Translations under genes and position numbers: made by a program
NCBI GenBank assembly: GCA_964016885.1
Contig: OZ024750.1
Location: forward strand, 51,088,001-51,152,000
Direction: 5' to 3'
DNA: 64,000 bases
Source: Eledone cirrhosa
Taxonomy: Eukaryota
Notes under the pieces: model-generated
Seen by the model: the letters and a program-made list of their open reading frames with translations, nothing else
What the model was told of the DNA's origin: nothing
Database searches by the model: none
Shown: one piece after another, positions 53,376 to 64,000 of the stretch
How positions within the stretch are numbered: the stretch's first letter is position 1
Layout: each line of letters opens with the position of its first letter

Positions 53376-53908
53376 ATTAATCAGATTGCGCAGTTCCATA
53401 ACCTACGTTTGATTTGTTCAAGTTTTTTCTTCAATTTTTGTTGTTGTTTTTTTTTATTTCTTATTGAAAAAATATAAATAATAAAATAAGGTTAGAAATT
53501 TAAATACAATTAAATACGATTTAATTTCCATTTCCAGCAGCCAATGTCCAGTGTTCAATTTCATGAAAAAAATGGAAATAATTCAAAAAATTGAAGTTTA
53601 ACTTTTGAACATTTGTTTTGACAATAAAAAAATATTTCCTTATTCACACCTAATGGTATGATTAAAATTTCATAGGAATACTTTTTTCTAACCGCCAGTT
53701 ATTTATTTTCTCCTTTTTCGTTTTAACATATATTTATTTCAAAGATTTCACCGTATAGATAACATATATATTTATACATGCATAAAAAACACACCGAGAG
53801 ACGGTGAACATGTGGTGCCGAAAACATTTCTCATCCAAATCTCAACAATATCAGTATATACACTAGATTTGCTAGCAGAAAACCGCCCACCGGGTGGTTT
53901 TCTGCTAG

Positions 53909-54812
53909 TCTATATATATAAAACTGAGGATGTCTGTCTGTGTGTGTGAGTTCGAATCCCTAAAACGCGAGAACCACCTAACCGACTGTTTTCAAACTTT
54001 ACACATGTAATACTTATGTTTCAGGGAAAGTTCAAGCAAAAAAATTAGAAATGTCCATTGCCCTAGGGACCATATTAGGCGATTTAGCGATCTCATTCTA
54101 TAATTCTTAGTCTTTCTCTTTTTAGATAGATACATACATATAACGTCGCGCCCTTATAATATCTGTCTATATGTCTGCATTACGTTACTTCCCTGAGGAT
54201 GTCTGTCTGTATGCGTGTGTGTGTGTCTGTGAGTTTGAATCCCTAACCGATTTTTTTCAAAATTTACATGTGTATTACTTATATTTCAGGGAGTGTTATG
54301 CACATAAAAAAATTCAACTTTTTTTTATCTCCTAGGGTCTTCATTAGGAGAAAAAATGCGTTTTTTAAGCGTTTTAGGGTTTTTTGAGGCGTTACGTCAG
54401 ACCGATTTCCTTGAAATTGTAACTATGTATTAGTCACTGTCTTCTTCCTACCGTAAGCAAAGAAAATGCAACTTTTTTTATGGCCTAGGGCCCGCATTAG
54501 GTGAAAAACTTCATTTTTCAGCTTCTCAGGACTTTTTGGAGGCGTTACGTCTAGCCGATTTTCCCGAAATTTCAAGGCATATTATGCACATAAAAAAAAT
54601 TCATTTTCTTGATCCGCTAGGCCCCTCATTAGGTGAAAACCTGCATTTTTCCTCCTTCATCGAGAAAAATCTGAAAGATTATCCAGCCATCAGAGTATTC
54701 GGTTTATTTTCTTTACATATTGTCCAGGCATGCAGTTTTTCCACGATTAGGTCTGTTGGCGGCCCGCGTTCCAAAATACCTTATTCCGTGCAACCCCGGG
54801 TACCACTGCTAG
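53909..54812 (+). mobile_element. Non-autonomous Helitron
   Basis: 5' TC-TATATATA; 3' imperfect hairpin CCGTGCAACCCCGG followed by CTAG|T; internal subrepeats. Confidence 0.82.
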
Positions 54813-55199
54813 TGTATTATATAAAGTTGGAAGAAAATATGAGGAAATATTAGTATTTAATGAGGAAATAGTGTCTGTTTGGTTGTTGACAGTGAATACT
54901 GACCACGTGAGTCTAGTTGTTTGGCTCAACAGTATGGTCGTGTATTCCGGGACTCGCACGTTCTGTCCTTCTCGTGAGATGGGCGAAGTATTTGCAAGGA
55001 TAATTACGTCATTATGTGAAGTGAGAAAACAAATTGTTGCTTTGGAAAAAATATATTCTTGGTAAGAAAAATTCATGAGACTAATATTCTTTTCAGAATA
55101 GCCGAATAATTTCCAGCTTCCATATATGGAAAATGATGTAAATAAAGTAAAATTATTAAACATAAAAATACTGAAGGTATTAATAATACAAAAAGAAAT

Positions 55200-56525
55200 A
55201 ATTGTTTCTACTTTAAGCACAAGGCCAACAATTATTCCAGTGTATTACTGGTACTTTATTTTATCTACCCCATAAGGATGAAAGGCAAAGTTAAGCTCAG
55301 CGGGATTTGAACTCAGACTGTAAAGGGACGTAACTATGCTAGAAAGCATGGCGTCCGATCCTCTACCTATACTGCCAATTCACCGCCTCATAATACAAAA
55401 AGAAATAATAATGGTTTCTTATATAGGAACAAGGCCTGCAATTTTGGGTAAGGGAAAGTCGATTAAATCGACCACAGTACATTACTGGTACTTTATTTCA
55501 TCGACCCCGTAAGTATGAAAGGCAAAGCTAACCTTGGCGGCATTTGAACTCTGACCGTAAAGGTCCGTAACTCTATGCTGCAAAGCATGGCGTTCGACCC
55601 TCTACCGATACTTCCAATCCACCTATAATAATGGATTCTTATATAGGCACAAGGCCAGCAAATTTGGGGGGAGGGGAAAGTCGATTAAATCGACCCCAGT
55701 ACGTTACTGGTACTTTATTTCATCGACCCCGTAAGGATGAAAGGCAAAGCTAACCTTGGCGGGATTTGAACTCAGAACGTAAAGGGCCGTAACTCTATGC
55801 TACAAAGCATAGTGTCCGACTCTCTACCGATACTGCCAATCCACCGCCCGACAAAAAGTAATAATCATAATTATTTCTACTTTTGGCACAAGGCCAGCAA
55901 TTATCCCAGTACATTACTGGTACTTTATTTTATTGACCCCGTAAGGATGAAAGATAAAGCTAACCTCGGCGGGATTTGAACTCAGATCGTAATCATAATG
56001 AGAACATTAATAGTAATGTTTTCAGGTTTAGGCTCATGTATAAGTATGCGGGGTGGATGAATGCGTAAACGGAGTTATAGTGTGTCTAAATTATACACAT
56101 ATATATATATATATATACACATGTACATGCCCGTGTGTTTGCGTGTGTGTGTGTGTGGACAAATATATACATACACATATGTATACTAGCATATATATTT
56201 TATCGACCTTGTAAGGAGAATAGGCAAAGCTAACCACGGCGGGATTTAAACTCAGAACGTAAAGGGGAATAAATATATACCACAAAGATGTCAGACGCTC
56301 TACTGATTCTGCCACCCCACCACCCTTTATTATATTAATTGTTTCTGTTTTAGGCACAAGGCCAGCAATTACCCAGTACATTACTGGTACTTTATTTTAT
56401 CGACCCCGTAAGGATGAAAGGCAAAGTTAACCTCGGCTGGATTTGAACTCAGACCGCAAAGGGACGTAACTATGCTGGAAAGCATGGCGTCCGACCCTCT
56501 ACCGATACTGCTAATCCACAGCCCT
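55200..56525 (-). mobile_element. Cluster of six same-orientation SINE copies
   Basis: Copies near 55200, 55410, 55632, 55870, 56197 and 56338. Confidence 0.85.
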
Positions 56526-57056
56526 TTATTATATTAATGCCACTTATTCTGTTGAAATATGATTAGCAAAGTCGATCAGGGTGAGATTCGAACCGCTAAA
56601 GGAAGGGAGAGAGATCCAATATTTTAATCGATGTATATTATGTAACCCCTTTCTCTGATATTATGAATACTAACAGAAAAACCACCCTTCAAGTGGTTTT
56701 TCTGCTAGCATGTGTAGTGTGTATATTGATGTTATACGCAAGTATATACGCATGTAGATATGATGAAATAAAATCGTAATTGACAATATACACAAATTGA
56801 ACGAAGACTGTGTTCCATTGTCTTTTGTAATCCATGATACATTAAAAAAAGACGATATTATATATAAACTGCATTAGGAGAAAATTAGTGACAGAAATAT
56901 ATGAATGTTTATTTAAGCGATCGCTAACCGGAAATGCTGACATTTGAAAATTTTAAAGAAGTGAATCTTTAAATAAGTAATAAATATATTTAATGAACAG
57001 CCACGAAATTTAGTAGATAAATTATGTAATATTCATTCATTATTTATTCAAAGTAT

Positions 57057-57250
57057 AAGGGCGGTGGATTGGCAGTATCGGTAGAGGGTCGGACGCTATG
57101 CTTTGACGTATAGAGTTACGGCCCTTGCCATTCTGAGTTCAAATCCCGCCGAGGTTAATTTTGCCTTTCATCCTTACGGGGTCGATAAAATAGAGTACCA
57201 GTAATGCTCTGGTTAATTGCTGGCCATGTGCCAAACGTAGAAACAATTAT
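57057..57250 (+). mobile_element. Full-length SINE with probable target-site duplication
   Basis: A and B boxes; ATTATTTATTCAAAGTAT occurs on both sides (~57039 and ~57246). Confidence 0.88.
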
Positions 57251-57656
57251 TTATTCAAAGTATTCCAACTTATTTTACTAAGGGGATAAACAATTATGAA
57301 CCGTACGCAGTCCCGCACTCCTTACTTTATTATAGTTTAGATATTGTGTTAAAGGGATAAAAGTAGAGAGAAGATAGGTATAGAAAGATGGGAAACTGGA
57401 GAGAGGGACTTAAGAAAGAAGGAGGAAGGACTAAAATGTGGAGTAGGGGTGGAGGGGGAAGTGGGGTGATGGTTATGGTGGGGATGAGGACTGTGGATTT
57501 CATCGTGGTAGTGGTGGTGGTGGTGGTCGTCGTCGTAGTCGTCGTGATGACACAGATCGACATCAACAAGGGGGATGAAATTCTGTAGAAGCAATGTGAG
57601 AGGACATTACACCTGCTGATGTTGGTATTGAAGGTGACAATCGCTGTTGACATTGC

Positions 57657-58345
57657 TGATGGTGACGATGGGGAAGATGGTGATGATGAGGCTGGTGATG
57701 ATGGAGATGATGATGGCGATGGTGGTGGTGGTGGTGGTGATGATGGGGATGGTGGTGGTGATGGCGATGTTGGTGGTGATGGTGGTGATGGTGATGATGG
57801 TGGTGGTGGTGATGGCGATGATGGTGATGATGGTGGTGATGGTGATGATGGTGGTGGTGATGGCGATGATGGTGATGATGGTGATGATGGTGATGATGAT
57901 GGTGGTGATGGTGGTGATGGTGATGATGATGGTGATGATGGTGATGATGGGGATGGTGGTGGTGATGGCGATGATGGTGATGATGGTGATGATGGTGGTG
58001 ATGGTGGTGATGGCGATGATGGTGGTGAGGGTGGTGATGGTGATGATGGTGGTGATGATGGTGGTGATGGTGGTGATGGTGGTGGTGGTGGTGGTGGTGA
58101 TGGTGGTGATGGTGATGATGGTGATGATGATGGTGATGGTGGTGATGATGGTGGTGATGGTGATGATGGTGGTGATGGTGATGATGGTGATGATGGTGGT
58201 GATGGTGGTGATGGTGGTGATGGTGGTGATGGTGGTGATGGTGGTGATTGTGATGATGGTGATGATGGTGGTGATAGTGGTGATGGTGATGGTGAACATA
58301 TAGCTCCTGGTGATGATGACGATGATGATAATGAGTATGGTGATG
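57657..58345. repeat. (GAT/GGT)n compound trinucleotide repeat
   Basis: Direct reading; source of the poly-His and Gly-Asp ORFs. Confidence 0.93.
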
Positions 58346-58573
58346 GTAAGAGAAAATTAGATGTGTTAAGGTAACACTATCACATGTATGTATACATATA
58401 TCTGTGTGTGTGTGCACATGTGTGTGTGCGAGTGTGTGAGTGTGCGTGTGTGTTTTATATATGTATATCCAAATGAAATGATATGTGTGTGGTGGGTGTG
58501 TGGGTTTGTATTTATGGATGTATGTATAGATATATACATATATATATATACATATACATATATATATATATAC

Positions 58574-58618
<45 letters not shown>

Positions 58619-58625
58619 TATATAC

Positions 58626-58790
<165 letters not shown>

Positions 58791-58819
58791 CATATATATA
58801 TATATGTATATATATATAG

Positions 58820-59196
<377 letters not shown>

Positions 59197-59424
59197 CATA
59201 TATACATATATATGAGAAAAACCACAGACCCTCCATCTCAACTCTACTTTTGAAAAGCAGAAGAACTGTGAAACCGGTAAAGCAACCAAATAAATATATA
59301 TATTTTTTTAAATATAACACTGCGGTTGCATTTTCGATTTCATCTTATTTTCTTTATACTTTCACTCGTGTAGGACGCCTCGGTTATTTTTCATTTTGTA
59401 AAAAAAAACCTCACTTTCTCATAT

Positions 59425-59494
<70 letters not shown>

Positions 59495-59588
59495 GATACT
59501 ATCCGGATACTACCCGGGAGCTTCCAACAGTAATGGTCGCATTCTTTAAGGGTATGTCAATATTTATTTATAAAACTGCTCTATATTA

Positions 59589-59653
59589 TATTTTATCTGA
59601 TGAAAGCACACCATAATTTAACTTGGTGTCTTGGAAATATGTATAATGAAATA
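59589..59653 (+). ncRNA. Type I hammerhead motif (4753-type family)
   Basis: UAUUUUAU-CUGAUGA-AAG C ACACCA..UGGUGU CUU G-GAAA-UAUGUA-UA-AUGAAAUA. Confidence 0.72.
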
Positions 59654-59935
59654 AATATGGTTTTATAAATATAGTTTCCATTTGTTAATATATCGTATTT
59701 TTACTCCAATAATTTGTTGAGTGCTTTATACAGTTATAAAAATATTTGCTTTTTGTATCCCAACAATTTAAATAGAACTTCTACATATATATACATATAT
59801 ATATATATCCCATTTCTCCAACCCCTACATATCTCTCTCTCTCTCTCTCCCCTTCTTTCTGTCTTCCTTTTCTACACTATCTTCCCCCAATAACTTCGTT
59901 TAAGAAATACAAGGGTATTTACATTTTAACCATTC

Positions 59936-60057
59936 TTCTCTGAAGAAACGGCAGAAGCAGCATTTAAAATTGAGTTTTTGCAAATAATTAGAAATAATTA
60001 CCAATTTGCACTTAGCATGACTAGGCCGTATAACTACTGTTGAAACATTTGTAAGCA
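59936..60057 (+). ncRNA. Hammerhead-like motif with long helix II insert
   Basis: CUGAAGA-AACGGCAG..CUACUGUU-GAAA-CAUUUG-UA-AG; helix I is weak. Confidence 0.5.
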
Positions 60058-60271
60058 CTCGGAATAAATTACCTTTTTATGATGTCTACCTGTTATTATT
60101 CATTCTTTATCTATACTCCGGAATACAGAAGAATCAGAAACTGAGTTTCTTCAACTATTCTTCCATAACTCGTTGAGTAACCTCTCACCGTACGTCAACT
60201 CTATCTAGTGTAGTAATTAACCATTACTGCATTCAGGATAATCCTAAGCATTTAAGCATTTCTTGCATAAC

Positions 60272-60318
<47 letters not shown>

Positions 60319-60323
60319 ATATA

Positions 60324-60516
60324 TAACGAAGGAAATGTGGTAAGGAACCAGGTGGACCATAACGCACCAAAGTACTCAATACTTAGGGTAGTAGAGTGGG
60401 TAATAGGAACGAGTAGGACCCCGACGGCTGAGCTCAAGCCGTTTCGATGGCTAATTCTGGACTGAATTAGCCGTCGAAACGACTTGAGCTTAGCCGTCGG
60501 GGTCCTACTCGTTCCT
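60324..60516 (-). mobile_element. Half-hammerhead fold-back pLTR copy
   Basis: Homologous to 4886-5082. Confidence 0.8.
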
Positions 60517-61510
60517 ATATATATATATATATATATATATAAGAGAGAAAGGGACACTGGTTGAAATATAGCTTAGTTTACATATATCTTGTGTTTATCC
60601 CGATATGTATTCGTATTCATCGAGATAAAATTGGTTTTCTTGAGCATCTGCCTAATTGTGTGCTAGTCTTAGATTTTAAGAGCTAGCATTAACTATAGAT
60701 ATTGTATACGTTTCGACCAACCATTGTCAGGCACACGCTCTATAGATACAGATATTCTTTAGAAATAAAGAGAGCTGACGTCTCCTTTGTTATTAATATC
60801 GTTTGATGTATTTAGCTGAAGATATTTTTCATTATGTATTTATTCTTATAAAATCATCTCTTTATGTATGTATTGTATGTGTATGTATTGTAGATATTGT
60901 ATGTATATTCATATTGAGCTACACAGAACTTAAAAAAAAAAAAACACCAGCAAACGTATTACATATATGTATAGACATATATATATATGTATAGATTAAT
61001 ATATGTGTATATGTATGTATATATGTGTATATGTGTATATGTGTGTATATATGTGTATATATGTGTATATGTCAGTATATGTCTGTATATGTGTGTATGG
61101 GTGTGTATGTATATGTGAGTGTGTGTGTATGTGTGTGTGTAGTAAATTTTATCTTAAACCACGAAGACATCTCATTTCTTCTGATTGCGGTTACGGCAGC
61201 CCCTCTCCCGTCGTTCTACTTCAAAATAGTAAATTCTAGTCTGTATATTTAGTTTTCTTACATTATATTTTGCACCCTTTGTTTTGTTTTGTTTTGTTTT
61301 GTGTTGTTACCCTTTTTTTATAATCTAAAACTTCTATAAGAGTATATTAATAGTACATTACTGTTATTAGCTCTTTGTATTTCCAAGAAATGTACCAATA
61401 CTTGGAAGAATCGTAATCTTGCTTTTACTATTTTACTATTTTACTACTTCTTATTATCAACGGCCATAATTACATCGATGCCAACAAGTCAATAAAAGGC
61501 AATAAATAGC

Positions 61511-61587
<77 letters not shown>

Positions 61588-63565
61588 CGGCAGGGAGAAT
61601 GAGGGACAGAGATGACTGAAAAGAAGAAAGAGACAGAGAAGAAGAAATATATATAGAGAGAGAGATGTGAGCAGAGAAAAAGAGGGAGAAATAAATTGTA
61701 GAGATAATCAGAAAAATTCCAAAACCTAATATACACAATACTGAAATGAAATGATTTCGTCGTTGGTAATCTTGAATAATGTAAAGATGCCAACATGTGT
61801 AGGAGATGAACAATTCCGAAGAAACTATACCAAATATAAAGCATAAATAATGCCAATGTGCTTCTATAACATAAGAGATGATTATACCAAATTACTTGTG
61901 TTTGGTTTTAGAGTTTTTAAGAAAAAGGAAATGATTAACCGATTTTTTCTTCATGTTGGTTCAAAGTGAAAAACAATAGCTATGTAATTGAGCCAAGTAG
62001 GTCAAATCAGTAAGAGAACATGTGTGTGGTCACTTGACCTGCTATAAATAGCAGCTAGCTCTCCCTCAAATTACTGCTGTCTTAACAAAGGGTAGCATGC
62101 ATTAGATAATGTTGTCCTAAAAACTCATTGTTTAAATAATGGTTACGGTTAAACTGGATTTGGCTATTAGAAATATCAGTCAAATTTCCTTCAAATTACG
62201 TACTGTTGACATTAACAAGGGAAGTACACATAAGATTATCCAGCTCCAGATATTCAATATTTTAATAAAACATAGTGAAAGAGAACGAGAGTTAGACAGA
62301 GAGACATTGATATAATCCTACTTAGAACCAGTTTAACAAATATGGCTCTTTTAAAGTAGAGAAAAGTCAGAACATTCGCCGTCTTTCTACACAGTTCACT
62401 CTTTGGTTTAAATCGTCGAAAGATTATTTTAGAATCCTCTCGCACATATTGCCATGAAGTGACACTAACTATGCCAGTTGTACATACCTGCACATAACTT
62501 CCGACTAAAACCAGTAAAAGATTATAAGTGTATGTCTGTCTATCTGTATGTATGTATATTCAAAGAACGGAAGAACTCATAAGAGTCAACGGCCATCCAA
62601 AAGTGTGTAAATATGTATATACACATGTACATATATATGTATATGTGTATATACATGGGTGTATATGTATGTATTTGCGCGGGGACATAGAAATAGTCGG
62701 GCTGGACACCCGATCCCACGGTTAAACCACTGGGAGTGAAGGACCCCTAGCCTTTGTCAGGGCATTCTTCTAGGAGAAGGCAACTTAGGAAACTAGGATA
62801 ACTCCGACATAAAACCTGCGGCTCAGTAGTTACCGACGATGTTGATCTTTTCTTCTTTTCGGGTTATAACTACTGTCGCTCAGAGAGTGGGATTGGCTTT
62901 CCTCACTTTAAAAAACACCTTTGCGCACAGGCATTGCACGATAGAATTAATTAATAATTACTAATAATGGTATATCGTGCAATGGCCATACTCGATAACA
63001 AGGGGGCAGCCATCATTTATTTATATAACATATATGCTAACTCATTCCTATTGTAGGTCGACTTTGCTTCGCCACAGCCAAAGCTTCGATTTTACTAAGC
63101 TTCCACTTTTATATATATATATACATATATATACATATATATAGTAATAATAATAAATTTCAAGACTAAAATCCAAAGAGGGCTCGATAAGGATAAATAT
63201 ATATCAAATATATAAGAACCGTAGAGCAAATATTTATTAAAATAACAGATTAAAGTTTAAGCAAAGAATCGCTGCTTTCACGTTGCAACCGGAGGAAGAC
63301 AGGAAGACGATACTTTGGTTCGTGGAAACGTTCGCTGGCAAAGAACGGGAAAAAACGAATAAGATACGTCATTAATAGGAGCGGTGAAAAACAATTACGC
63401 ACAAAGACATATATATATATATATTTAAAGGTTAAACAAGGTTCAATGAATAAATCAAAGAATGAGTTTTACAATAGATTGGAAGTACTCAACAGTATTG
63501 GTTTTCCAGAGTTATTAATATTAATTCAAAATATTAACAAACATAGACATTCGTGTGATCAAGTA

Positions 63566-63632
63566 TATTTTATTATACATATTTCAGAGGTACTGAGCTA
63601 ACTTCAACAGTACGTTCTCATCAGATAAAATA
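63566..63632 (-). ncRNA. Type I hammerhead motif
   Basis: UAUUUUAU-CUGAUGA-GAAC GUACUG..CAGUAC CUCU-GAAA-UAUGUA-UA-AUAAAAUA. Confidence 0.8.
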
Positions 63633-63745
63633 AGATGATGCATGACATACCCTGACATAGTAGATGGTTAAGATTCAGTCATGGTAGTGACTACCAGGAC
63701 TGAATCTTAACCATCTACTATGCCAGGGTATGTCATGTATCATCT

Positions 63746-63812
63746 TATTCTATCTGATGAGGACGTACTGTTGAAGTTAGCTCAGTACCTCTGAAATATG
63801 TATAATAAAATA
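63746..63812 (+). ncRNA. Type I hammerhead motif
   Basis: UAUUCUAU-CUGAUGA-GGAC GUACUG..CAGUAC CUCU-GAAA-UAUGUA-UA-AUAAAAUA. Confidence 0.78.
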
Positions 63813-63853
63813 TACTTGATCATACGAATGTCTATTTTTGTTAATATTTTGAA

Positions 63854-63948
<95 letters not shown>

Positions 63949-64000
63949 GTGTGTGTGTTTCTCTATTTTTCAGTGATACTGGTATTTGTTTGTAAATGTT

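Larger units (their letters stand above)
63515..63860. mobile_element. Palindromic element with two outward-reading hammerheads
   Basis: ~170-bp inverted arms centred at ~63689. Confidence 0.82.

Noticed and set aside
53361-53395. CTGATGA as a hammerhead
   Set aside because: No GAAA or helices follow; it fits a splice donor better.
53199-53399. Gln-rich ORF as a real coding exon
   Set aside because: It contains an out-of-frame 29-bp duplication, has no recognisable domain and has a weak splice donor.
60700-60736. Minus-strand CTGACAA..GAAACGTA
   Set aside because: Neither helix I nor helix II pairs.
62676-62760. HDV-like ribozyme in a LINE-like 5' region
   Set aside because: I could not build the nested double pseudoknot by eye.

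Overview
This is AT-rich, repeat-saturated eukaryotic (metazoan) DNA. The microsatellite load and the dominant tRNA-derived SINE suggest an octopus or other cephalopod, but that is inference. No intact host protein-coding gene can be supported, and most ORF-track entries are microsatellite artefacts. Recognisable elements are a 38-bp minisatellite (1-2405), a 7.5-kb 10-bp satellite with higher-order structure (21055-28595), four decayed Penelope-like retroelements (RT and/or GIY-YIG), an R4/Dong-type RLE LINE, RTE-like LINE fragments, a decayed autonomous Helitron plus a non-autonomous one, and about 14 SINE copies. The main hidden signal is a dense population of type I hammerhead ribozyme (HHR) motifs. 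Read by eye, I find about 30 well-formed copies plus several degenerate ones, on both strands, from at least a dozen sequence families. They sit in 300-620-bp tandem units (retrozyme-like) or in fold-back elements inserted into (TA)n tracts. Three observations stand out: one array begins at the predicted cleavage site, two unrelated families share a non-canonical CUGAGAA core with long helix II inserts, and half-ribozyme fold-back copies share one breakpoint. All structures are manual pairings and none has been tested for activity.
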